A DNA stretch of 63,889 nucleotides, counting the filler, from Intoshia linei (lineage: Eukaryota; Animalia; Orthonectida), in the NCBI GenBank assembly GCA_001642005.1. It is 6 parts of 6 records of this genome, joined end to end, with 100 filler letters (N's around TTAATTAATTAA, not from the genome) between each part and the next. Parts side by side here need not be neighbours in the genome. Positions count along the whole stretch, not along the records: positions 39,477 to 58,736 come from LWCA01000745.1; positions 58,837 to 60,407 come from LWCA01002565.1; positions 60,508 to 62,778 come from LWCA01002359.1; 3 more parts are not named here. One strand, given 5' to 3'. Positions 48,801 to 60,786 of the stretch are shown here, piece by piece. A program made the translations under genes and the position numbers. Position 1 is the stretch's first letter; each line of letters begins with the position of its first letter. Below the pieces are notes generated by a model. That model did no database searches and was not told the DNA's origin. It saw nothing but the letters and a program-made list of their open reading frames with translations.

Positions 48801-50104
48801 ATGAAACGTTGAAATTATCATTTGGTGATTGGTAATGTTGCCAAAATAATTATAATTATATATAAAAAATTAGAATTACAGCTTTCGATTAATTGTATGA
48901 TAGTGGTTTTTGAATTATTTTTTTTCTTCCATCTAGTATATTCTGCTTTGAGATTTTCATCTAATGATATGCATGGTAAAAATAATTAATATTGTTCTGC
49001 GAATTCTTTCAAATCTCCAAAGTGACTCGTTTTAAAATAATTAATAAGAAATTTTTATTTAAAATTAAGGGGGTGCAACTGCACCGACTGCACCACTTGA
49101 ATTCGCCCCTTAAGGTGGTATTTGTTCATTATATCATAAATATCATTTTTTAAGTCGAATATCCTCTAAAAAAAAATATTGATTTTATGGCATTAATTGA
49201 CTTTATAACTTGTTAATTAGATAATTAATAAACATAATATTGATATCATGATGCTTGTAATTTTGTGCTGATTATCATATAAAAAATGGAATTTTGCCAT
49301 AAGAAACTGCCCTAGTTATAACTAATTTAGCATTCGAAACGAATTTAGAAATAGTAAACGATAATTATGTCGTGCTCTGACAAATTAATTAATCTACTGA
49401 TTAGTAATTATATACTAAATAATCCACTTGATAGTGCCGAACTTACTGTAGCCGATATTCCTTCTAAGGCTGAGTAGTGTGACGACGAAATTTTTTTAAA
49501 ATTGTAACTTCATTTTTTCAAATAGAGCATTAAACAAATTATATAATTAAATATCACACTATTTTGTGAGTTAAAGATAAAATATCAAAACAAAAGTCTT
49601 AGATAGGTCGTTAAAGTTATATGCTATGCACTATGCATAGTTCGGAAAAAATTTCATTTTCATTTTCGGGTGACCTCACGCTTGCTAGGTTTGGCTCTGC
49701 ACTTTGATATATGACTTTAGTCATATGTCACTAATCGACCATCGCAAAGACAATAGCAATTATTTATATAATTAATTATTATAATGCATTTAGAGGGTCG
49801 TCTTAATAAATAATATTTGTAGATTAATTGATCTCCATATATTTCGTCAATTTTACATACATTTAGATATAGCATACATTAAATATTGTTAAATATAATG
49901 TAATTGTTTTAATGAATAACATAACTATGGTAATATTGTAATTTTAACTTATATTTTTACTTAAAGATTTTACTTTACATAAATTAAACATACAATTATA
50001 TTATTATGTATATATATTAATACAATATTTTTAGTTACAATGCTGTTACTAAAGTCAAATTTTCAAAAAACAAAATTAATGAAGAAATTGTAGTAAAGTT
50101 TTAA
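42889..50104 (+). CDS. SLC22/organic cation transporter-like MFS protein, copy 1 (second half appears degenerate)
   Basis: WSLICERS..GYLADRFGRK, IELTPQKYR, KSPTWL motifs; exon-for-exon paralogy with the gene at 52251; ends ..IVVKF*. Confidence 0.8.
44760..45492 (+). mobile_element. Complete non-autonomous Helitron
   Basis: A|TCCTTACTTATATAA...TTTGTACGTAGTACATAACAGTCAAC-CTAG|T: canonical TC/CTAG ends, subterminal hairpin, A|T target, no TSD. Confidence 0.88.
46731..47251. mobile_element. piggyBac-type MITE
   Basis: TTAA|CCCATATACTCC...GGAGTATATGGG|TTAA; the empty site is visible in the sister repeat at ~16810. Confidence 0.88.
48375..49110 (-). mobile_element. hAT (Tip100/ZMYM-like) deleted element, inside a larger TIR element (~47850-49320, AACTAGGG/CCCTAGTT)
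   Basis: CAGGGGCGGAT / ATTCGCCCCT ends; the minus strand encodes KLKTFLRSTMTGNGLCGLGLI (dimerisation-domain remnant). Confidence 0.7.
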
Positions 50105-50205
50105 TTGTAACAATGAATTATATATACAAAAATGTTTTTGAAAGATTGATCCTATATAATTTTTAATTATAGTAATCATTGAAAATGTATAATTATAATT
50201 ATTAA

Positions 50206-50410
50206 CCCTTAATGCTTATGAATAAGTTCATGTGTTTGCTCATTTCTATTGTTATACACGTTATACCTGCCTTATATAATTGTATTGTAAAATTATGTTA
50301 TTTACATTATGGGCTTGATTCACATGAAATTAATTTTGAACATTTTCTATTTTTAGCATATTCATTTTCTGCGTAGGCTCATGTAAAAACACAATGAAAA
50401 TATCTAAGGG
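50206..50410. mobile_element. piggyBac-type MITE
   Basis: TTAA|CCCTTA...TAAGGG|TTAA. Confidence 0.6.
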
Positions 50411-50697
50411 TTAACAACAATTATTAATGTAAGCTAAGTTCTTTGTAAAAAATTACTTTATTAAGTTCTTGTTTGAATAATACTATCAACAATAACATAT
50501 GATCAATATAACATTTTTATTTCAGACATTTTGAAACTTTACAATTTTCAGAAAACATTCATTTTTAGTATTATAAATCATTACACATATGTTAGATTTT
50601 GTATAAAGTAAACTGAACATAAAAAATACCTACTACCAATTTTAGTTTATTTGCTGTTATATATTCATATTATTATTATGCTGTCATGTATATTATA

Positions 50698-51124
50698 TCC
50701 TAAATTATATAATATGCTACGCGATTGTTGTTTGTGTAAACCCTGTTAAGATAAATTTCAATCTCCCAATTTCACATCTTACGGGTCAAAAACCCCAGTT
50801 GTCCCTCTTTTTGAAAATCAAACAAGTTGGAGAATTTAAAAAAATATATCGGATTTTAAAATCATAAACATTACCATAAATTTAAATTTAAAAAAATTAT
50901 ATCTTCAGAGCCAAAACCCCAAAGTACCCTTCTTTTTTTAATGAAAACAGCCCTAGAATTCCAAAAAATTTACAGTTTTTACCACTCCTTTAAAGGATTA
51001 ATAATAGTGAATAGTAGGATTTTTAAGTTAGATTTTCAACGTGAATTTATTTTTTTGATATAATAAAAATTGCCTTCAGCAGAGCTAGGTGCTGTTTGTA
51101 CGTAGTACAAAACAGTCAAACTAG
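50698..51124 (+). mobile_element. Complete short non-autonomous Helitron
   Basis: A|TCCTAAATTATATAATATGC...GCTGTTTGTACGTAGTACAAAACAGTCAAA-CTAG|T. Confidence 0.88.
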
Positions 51125-52250
51125 TATATTATATTTAGCAAAACTACTTATCTGTTTTCCAAACAAAAATTTTTATATTAAAATTTATTAGAAATACATG
51201 TACATTAAAAGTGACAGTATTATATTTTTGGTATTATAAAGTAAAAGTTTTTAAGAATGTGTGTCTGTCGACCAAGTGTAACCAATGCTTCGTTTCGAAA
51301 AGTGAATATGCGATAAGTTTTCAATATACATTATAAGTCGGATTTTCCAGACACAGAGAGTAGATAAATTCAAAAATTGGCCTCCCTACATTTTACACTG
51401 TCAGGCATATCAAAAAATTACTGGCTTTAATAAAATGAACGAATCTTAGAATTTAAAGAAACACAAACTCACTATAGCTTTTAAAATTATGAACAATATC
51501 ATCAATTTCAATCATGAAAATGTACATCTTCACGGTGAAAACAACTAATTACACCTTATTTTAAAAAGAAATAAACTAATAGTCCTAGAATTAAAAAAAA
51601 CACAATTAACATTTATTTCCAGTTAACCAATTGATAAAATTGCACTTTCGTGTACATAATAAATAATAATATTAAATAATTAAAAAAATCAAGCTTATAC
51701 AGCATATTACTGTTGATCTAGATATAATATTATGATAATATTTCACCCTCAGAAATATACGGATTCCCATTTAAAAAAAAAAATGAGAATTTTAAGAAAT
51801 CTTGGTTTTAGTTTTATAAATTGATTCCTTCGGTTTATATCATTGCTACGTTATTTTTTATTTTATTGTCTTGTATTTTGTAACAATTCAAATAAATTTA
51901 AGAATTCGTGAATTTTCAATTGTATCAAAATCAATATTATTCATATACGTTTATTAATAAAAACTGTGTAATGAATGATAAATGTGAAAATTAAAATCTT
52001 TAAAAATAAAACATTTTAAAGTGAACATATCAAACATCATACATTAAGCTTCCATGAAATATATATATTTAATATAGATCAACATGCATGACACATTTAA
52101 TAAAAGTTTAATTAAAATTTTGTCAAATTTGAACTAAATGAGCTAAGTGTTTGCTCAAAGATTTTTAAAAATGCGTAATGCAGTAAAAAACGCAATAAAT
52201 AATGTAGGATAAGAGAATGTAATAAATTTTCATTAAGCATCTCTACATTT

Positions 52251-55200
52251 ATGAACAAAAAGATTTACAATTTTGTTGTATTTAAAAAAAGAGAGGGAAG
52301 AATTTGGTCCATAATTGCGAAAATTGTGAAATGTAATTCTGCAAATTATTGTTTCGTACTGGTGGCAATTTGTGCAACTGGTTTTAGTGGTGGTATGAAC
52401 AATGCTGATGTTATTTTCAGTGCAGCCGTACCGAAATTTAAATGCATTGACGGGGTTAATTTGAATATGTCAATGATTGGTGCAAATGGAATTGTAATGT
52501 TAAGTGATGATCATGATTTATTTAAAAATTACAATGAAGAGTGTACTGCGGGTAATACGGATTCAAAAATTTCTGTTATGTAATGTATATTTAGATTGTT
52601 CCAAATTTGCTTATTCCGACGAGTTTGGTTTTACATTGCCAGTAGAAGTAATTTTTATTAATTACACGTATTTATATATTTCGCTTTAGTGGGGATTAAT
52701 TTGTGATAGATCATTCTATGTATTTTTAATTGGATTATCAGTATCTCTTGGAATGACGGCGTCGTGTTTATGTAACGGTTATTTCGCAGATAGGTAAAAA
52801 ATAAATTCTAATAATGATTATAAAATTACAAAAAAATGTAAATCTCACATTTTAGATTTGGAAGGAAGACGTCTTCAACTTTTTCATTATTTTTAAATCT
52901 AATTATCAGACTGGCATCAATTTTTGCTAATTCTGTTGAACTATATATTGTATTTCGATTTATTATTAGTGCATTGGATGTATCAATGTTTGCTCATATG
53001 TATTTGCTCGGTAACGTTGTATAACATATTATATAATATACTAGCTTGACGGTTACGTACTTCGTACAAAAAAACAGCTAGCTCTTCGCAGGGTTGCCTT
53101 TTCATATATTAAATAATGAGTGTATCATATAAAAAAGAATCAAATTATAGTTACAACCCTAAAAAATTCAATCTCAGAAAAAATAAAATTTTAAATATCT
53201 GTAGTATGTAATTTTTACTTGTTAAAAAATTAATACAAAAGTGTTTTTTTGACGGTGAAATCGTCACTTAGTGATATTAAAAATTTTTCTGTAAACTGGG
53301 AAGGTCTACTTTTTTTAATTCTTGGACTTTTATCATTTTTACAAAAAAAATAATTTGGAATTCTGACAGTGTAGATTTAAGATTCTGAGGTTGCTATTTA
53401 CGACAACGGTAGTGAATTTACACGCCGTCCCAGAATGTTGTTTAAATTTTAGGGCCCATTATAAAAAAAAGAAGGATACATTGGGGTTTCACCTTGAAGG
53501 TCACAATTCCGATAATTAAATTTGCGATACTGCGTCATTCTTGAATAAATGAATTAGAATTAGAGTTTTTTTGAATTTTAAGACTGTTATATTTTTAAAT
53601 AAGCGGTAACACACACAGACATTAAATTTTATATTTTTATGGTAACTAAAGAATATATGAATGTATGAAAGGTATACTAATTATGATTAGACATGAATTA
53701 GATTTTATATAATTAAACTACTGTATACTTACTACTTAAATTAGTAATTGAACTTACTCCATACAAATACAGACTTGTGACTGACATTGTGCGACCAATA
53801 TGTTATGCACTCGGTATAATATATTTGCCTCTACTGTATGGTACACTGAAAACGTGGAAAAATTGTCATACCTTTAATGCGTGTGTCATCACAGTAATAT
53901 GCATAATCATAGTTAGGTAATTATCATTAATTAAGTGGGTACACTAGTATGACTCATTTAGATAATGTCACTTTCAAAATATATTTAACTAGGTTGACTG
54001 CTATGTACTACATACAAATAGCACCTACCTCTGCCGAGGGAACATTTTTATTCTACCAAAAAAATAAATTCACGTTGAAAATTTAACTTAAAAATCTTAC
54101 TATTCACTATTATTAATCCTTTAAAGGATTTGTTCCCAAGCTTATTTAAGGTTGTCATATCACATTACTTTTTACTTTAAAATAAATTATTCCATCTTAA
54201 TTTTTTGTTTGTTAACATTTGCGTAAAGAATTTTAAAAACAATTTTTATCCCATTTTTTTAATTTATTAGACAGAATGTGTCTATAATATTAAAAATAAA
54301 GTAAAAACAGTCTAATCCTCAAAATTGTCATAAATATTTAAAAATGGAAAATTGGGCTTTTTGATCCAAAAGATGTGAGTTTGGAAGGTTGAAATTTATT
54401 TTGCTAACACCCCCCCCCCGAATAAACTATAATTGAAATGTGGACTTTATAAAATTCTAAGACTGATAGTTATTGAAATAAACGGTAACAAACACACAAA
54501 CAAATATTGCATAGCAGATTATATTAGTAAGCATTTGTGAAATTAAATTTATAATCCCTTATCCCTCATATATATGTAAATGATAATCATAATTTCTTTT
54601 TAAATATAATTAAAATATAGAAAATTTCGCTCAGTGTCGAACTTACCGTATCCATCCTTTTCGTGGGTGTGGGTGAGATGTGCTCGACGAAACTTTTTTT
54701 AACATGGATCTGATTTTTTACAAATTAAGAATTAAAAAATTGTGTTGATTCATTTTATTTTTCATTTTCAAGTGGCATCGAGTTGGTCAGGTTCAGTTCT
54801 GTCTCGGATTACAACTTTCTTAAACTTAAAATCATTGAGCATTAAATATAACGAGAACTACCATAGGTGATAATTTTAACCACCAAATATCGTTCTAAAA
54901 CTAATTTTGAGCATAAATATATTACATTCACCCTACTGGTTCATGCATTCTGCCAAACTCGTATTATAAAGTGAAAAATGAAAGCTATGCCATAATAATA
55001 ACATGAGTGTATATCAGGGGTATCAGACTCAATTTTTTTGTAGGGCCAAATTTTGATTACTATACAAAATTATGATTAGCTTCAATAGACAACTATAGGT
55101 GCTTAAAACTAATACCGCTGGTAATTAATTCCATAAGTTTAATATTTTGATTATATTATTTTTTTATTAAAAAATTTCATTTGTGGAACCAAATTTACTA

Positions 55201-58200
55201 TTCTTAATAATCTTATAATTTAATATAATAATAATAATTTTCATCTTAGATTCTTGAAAAAATCACCAACTTGGTTGAACTCATCTAAAAATTTGAATAT
55301 TCACTTTGCTAATCCAAGAAATGATAATTTGGAATTAGTCGGTTCTCGACGAGTAAGCTAAATTATATAATAACATAATATTTGCGTTTTTGTAACGCTT
55401 CATCAGGTAAATTAGCATTAAAAGTGCTTCTCAAAAGCGTAAAATGACATGGGTCTACTACTAAAGTAATGTATTATTTCAGGAATCAATTTAATATTAT
55501 TAAGAGAAAATACCATTAAAATCAAAGCCAAAAGGGAAAATCCAAATTTACCACCTAAAAATCTTATTTTTAATATTTTTTTCAAAATTCGATTGTCCCA
55601 AATCTGACAAGAAAAAACCTCTCAGTGCAACCTTAAAAGAAAAATCCACGTTGACCAATCCTTACAAATCCACTTTTTCTAATTTTGATTTTACCAAAGC
55701 ATCCGAGAAAAAACCTTTTAATCCAACTCTAAAAAAAAGTTTTAATCTTACTAACCCTCAAGGGAAAAATCCCGTTTAAATATATTAAATAATTTACTAA
55801 ATAAGCTCATTACATCATTAAATGATAATTAAACTTATTTTAATTGCATTTTTGCCTTGTACCGGCAACATAATATTTTAAAAATTGGAAGAAAAAATTT
55901 CTTAATTAACAATATGATTAATATATTCATTACATTTAATAATGAAAGTATATAAAATAATGAAAACAATATTCACATAAATATTTTAGGGGATCAATGA
56001 TAAATAATTTTTGAAATTAGGAGTACACGACATTTATTACTTTGAGAAGCACTTCGATAAAGTCAATAAAAGTTTAGATTTTTCTGTATATCTTAGGGAT
56101 GTGAATGGTAATACTTTCATGACGGCGGATTAAAATATTTTTTATGATAAATTTTAGAGATAATAATATAAATAAAATAATTTTTTTTGTATGCGCATTT
56201 ACAAATCTTTTTTAAATCTTGGAATGAATATAAAAGTATGAACCACCCTAATATACTTCGAGTTTTATATATATTATAGTTTTTAATGTTAACTACATTA
56301 TATAATATTAATAATAACATAAACAAACAAAATAGAGACGTAGTTCAGCAATATTAACAATAATAAGAGATAAAAATATTCGACTGAAATCTGTAGCATT
56401 ATATGCATTGAGGTTGGATTATTAAATTAGTTGTTATATTGAAATACTTAGCTTTACAACATCATCGATATTTTTTGGAATTAATTTCAATATAATGGCT
56501 TTTAATCGAAATATATACAAATATACACCAATATGCAATACAGGATACATTTTGTCGGCGTTATCAATTATTGTATTAAAATATCTCAAAATTAAAAAAA
56601 AGCTAGTAATCATATTCAACCTCTTTATGGGCACTGCAGCATTCATTGCACTCAATTTTTATAATGATGGTATGTTTTAATTAGAAAAATTAATTTTAAT
56701 ATATTTATATGTACATAAATATTAATGAATTAAATTTTTGAAAAGTTGAATTTAAAATGTATACTTTCTGAGAGTGATGAAAATTAAACATATTTTGTTT
56801 TCTCATTCGATATCTGATAAAATTTTTATAATATATATTTAGATCTATTCATTATGTTTTGTATTTTATTGGGAATATACACAATGGGAATTAATATTAT
56901 ATATGCATATATATTGACACCATATCAATATCCCGTAACTCTTCGTGGATCCGGAGTTTCATATTTCATGTTATTTTCTTTTTTCGGAGTGATATTCGGA
57001 ACTTGTATATATTGGGTAATTTTAATGTAATTATATGCTTATTAAAGTAATTTAGTCGTATATTAAATGTTACCATATGTATCAATTAATTAAATAATAA
57101 AATCCGCTCATTTAATTTAATAAACCTTCATTAATCTTAACCATCAAAAAATATAACTTAAAAAAATTTCAAATTTCGTTTGAAATAACCCTAAAATAAA
57201 CAGTTTAAATATAATTATAATGAACGTTTAAAGTGAATTAATAATTATTAATTTCCATATAATTTTCTAAAATATTATATTTAATATATTACAAAATCTA
57301 TATAAGTGAAAAATATTTATGAATTGACAGTACAACTATGAAAATATTAGTTACTGTTTAAGTGATAAATGTCGAATTCAAATGACATCCTTATATTTGT
57401 GTTATTCTTATTTTGCGTTTTAGTTTAAATCGAGCATAATGACAATATCTATCATCTTCACTGTAATGTGCATTGTAACAGCCATATTAATCATATTATA
57501 CATACCAGTTGACTCTGCTCACAAGGATACAGATGAAGAATCAAACATCTCAATGGAACCTGAAGAGTATGTATTAAAAATTAAGTTTTAAAAATACCTT
57601 TAACTTGGACACATAGTATATACCAGGGATTCCCAACCTTTTTTTGATGTGATCGACTAATACATTCACTAGAATGAATAGAAAAGAAAAATGTGTGATC
57701 AGAACCTGTTAAAAATTAAAAAGTATGATTGTAGAAAACATAAAAATTAAATTTCCGAATAGTATTAAGCACTTTTGCTGTATATTTGAAAATTATGGGC
57801 AAAATCTAGAATAAGAAATAGTTGACTAATCCAAATGTTATAATTTAATGTAGCAAGTATATCATTTAATAATATTCCTAAAAAAAATGTTAAATAAGTA
57901 CATTTCCGCTACCCACTCCACATATAACAGCCTAAATACAATTAAATTTTATAAATATTAAAATAAATTATTTTAAATCGAGATCATTTTAAAGACGAGT
58001 ATTATTAAAATAAAAAATTAATTGTTTTAATTTTGGCGATCGACTAGAAAATCATCTGCGATCGACAAATTGGGTATGCTGGTGTATAATATACATTATG
58101 TATTTAAAATTATATAATTTTGTAAATCGCAATATTTAAAATAATAAAAAAATAATAATTTTTAGCTGTATTCATTTAAATGTAACTTCGTTTTTTTCTA

Positions 58201-58283
58201 GAATAAAAAAGAACAATTCAATTGAAAGTGAAAAATCTCAAGAGGAGATAAATTATCATCCTACACTAGTAATAAAATTTTGA
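52251..58283 (+). CDS. SLC22/organic cation transporter-like MFS protein, copy 2 (apparently complete)
   Basis: Cys-rich first loop, EWGLICDR..GYFADRFGRK, IELTPYKYR, KSPTWL, FFGINFN, YQYPVTLRGSG; ends ..LVIKF*. Confidence 0.85.
53041..53690 (-). mobile_element. Diverged Helitron copy
   Basis: A|CTAG plus hairpin (GTACTTCGTAC) at 53041; family body motifs to ~53620. Confidence 0.65.
53989..54533 (-). mobile_element. Non-autonomous Helitron
   Basis: CTAG plus hairpin at 53989; 5' family motif (CACACAAACAAATATTGCATAGC..) at ~54490-54533; shares an internal block with 28242-28690. Confidence 0.8.
57625..58081. mobile_element. hAT MITE
   Basis: CAGGGATTCCCAA / TTGGGTATGCTG ends; near-TSD GTATATAC/GTGTATAA. 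Confidence 0.55.
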
Positions 58284-58389
58284 AATTTAGCATTCTGTAT
58301 ACATTTGTTAATACACTTTTATATGATTAATGTTTTTTAAGCATGCCAAAATATGCGAAATCTAAATATGAAAAAATTTATTGGAAGTT

Positions 58390-58736
58390 CAATTAAAACA
58401 TCAAATGACTTTGCAACAGAAATGGCAGAAGCAATTCTATCTGCGGACATACCCATAAAAAGTTAAATAACGTCGAGATAAGAACCATATTTAAAAAAAA
58501 CGGAATAATTTTGCCATCTGAAAGCAATTGCAGTAATAAAATTGATGATTTGTATTTGAATGAAATGGAGAGAATAATTATTAAAAATTATTGTATTAAT
58601 AAATTAATCTTTATCATTATGGACGAAACTGATTTAAATGGATATAAGTACATTAATACAATGATCGCAACATTAGAAACAACTCAGAATGTAATATTAT
58701 ATGATTGTAAAAATATTACAAGTAATATGAACGGAC
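58390..58736 (+). pseudogene. hAT-type (CGGBP1/DUF659-like) transposase N-terminal remnant
   Basis: DFATEMAEAILSADIPI..LPSES..IFIIMDETD; frameshifted and cut by a gap. Confidence 0.65.
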
Positions 58737-58836
58737 NNNNNNNNNNNNNNNNNNNNNNNNNNNNNNNNNNNNNNNNNNNNTTAATTAATTAANNNNNNNN
58801 NNNNNNNNNNNNNNNNNNNNNNNNNNNNNNNNNNNN

Positions 58837-59374
58837 TATGTTTTGGGTAGGTATAATCGGAAATGAAGTATTAGGACCATATAAAGTGCCAAGAGGAGTA
58901 AAAATGAATTCGAAATAGTAATACTTAATATTTTGGCATTATGGTTACGTTTAGTTATACTGAATTCTTGGAAGAAAACTACCTTTCATGGTTTAATTCG
59001 AAGAGTGAAGAATTCAGGATAATGCGCCTTTCCATTCATCATTTCTCATAAGGACATTTCTGTCGGAAAAGGGCATTAAGGGAACAAACTTAATGATTTG
59101 ACCTCTTAACAGTCCTGACTTAAACCAAATAGAAATTATTAAAGCATGATAAAGATGTAATAAAGCTTTATAATATTTTAATAATACATTAAATATACCA
59201 TTTAGAAAGTTATATGCTGCTGGGACTCAGTATAACTCCCTGGAGATGCTATGGGATGCCATCAAGCAGGCGTCTAGTTCAATCCTATCAGAACGAGTCA
59301 AAAACTTGAACGATTCAATGGATGGTAGCCTTATTAAAGTCTTACAACTTCATGGGAACCATATTAAACATTAG
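58837..59374 (+). mobile_element. Tc1-like transposase C-terminal remnant, DD37E (TRT) type
   Basis: MFWVGIIGNEVLGPYKVPRGVKMNS..QDNAPFH..I*PLNSPDLNQIE; 37 positions between D and E. Confidence 0.8.
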
Positions 59375-60786
59375 ACCTACATTTTAATATGTTCCGTTGC
59401 ATTTATCAATATTCATTACATTTGCATAATATTTTACTACACTTAGTATTTCTATTATTTAGATTATAGTTAATTATTGTAATTTAAATGTTTATATTAA
59501 TATTTTTTTCATTTTTACTACCTGCCCAGACTGTTCAAGTACAATCTCCAAAAAAATCAAAAAATTTACTTTACTTTTTATTATGTTTTTACTATTTTTT
59601 AATATCTGCATAACAAATTGGTACAGTGTGTATTACATTATAATTTACATGTTAATAAAATATTTAGCTATATTGTGTAAAATTATATTAACATTTATTA
59701 TTAATTTAAATGATAAATTTGATTAAATCAAAAATTTTATGGTGATGTTTAGTGAGTAATTTATTTTTAATACAATCTAAATTTAATATTTTTACTAACA
59801 TTTTTGTGAACAAGCCTAACAAAAATAAACTGCTTTCACTATTTGTAATTTTCTTAAAGCAAAGTAAAATTTCAACTATGTGCTTGAATATTAAAATTTA
59901 TACGAATAACGAGAATTTTTCATAGATAGGCCAAGCTTATGAACAAAACGAAACCAAATTAATTATCCACGTGAAGATTAAATGTATTAAAAAATTGAGG
60001 ATATGAGATCGACGTGGTAGACATGAGTGATTCAATTGTTCGAAAGATGGGTAACTTTTTGGTTTAAAATTTACAAAACGAATGTAATATGAAACAAATT
60101 TACAAACAAGTTAATAAGAAAGTGCGTTTCAACTGACAGTGCCAAAAATGATTTTAATGCCGTTTAGTTTAATTGTATTAAAGTACATCTTAATTTTAAA
60201 CTAATAATTAATTAATAATAATGTATTTTGGTAAATTTGTTTTATATGTAATATTTTATTGCACTACAGATAGTAAATTTATTTATTAATTAAGTTGTTT
60301 ATTAATGTTTGGCTTTAATATTATATTGATACTGTAAATTCAAAAAACACTTTATTATAATAATAATTATATATTATATCATTTCATATTATATTATTGA
60401 TGTTTTTNNNNNNNNNNNNNNNNNNNNNNNNNNNNNNNNNNNNNNNNNNNNTTAATTAATTAANNNNNNNNNNNNNNNNNNNNNNNNNNNNNNNNNNNNN
60501 NNNNNNNTAAACTTTTTAATTTTGTTAAAAAAACGACATTACTTATGAAACGACCTAATACTAAAAATAAAAATTCACAAAATATGTCGTATTTATCTCC
60601 GTAACAGCCATAATTTTGTAAAATATCAAATTCAGATAATTTAACCGGTTTCAACTTTTCTTTTTGCACTGCAAACGATATTAGCTTAAAATTTAAAATT
60701 TACTGCATTTTAAAAGAGCCAAAGAGTTAATATAATATTTATTGTTCGTTATGATAATTTATAGTTGATAAAATTTTCTATTCAGA

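Noticed and set aside
6605-56655. Short ORFs at 6605, 12561, 24991, 26899, 38167, 39886, 42460, 56117 and 56434
   Set aside because: They fall within Helitron/MITE sequence or antisense to identified exons and transposases.
59098-59103. In-frame TGA at a conserved Trp position (possible recoding)
   Set aside because: It lies in a decayed transposase with other lesions; intact genes use TGG for Trp and TGA as stop (DLEC1, SLC22 copy 2).
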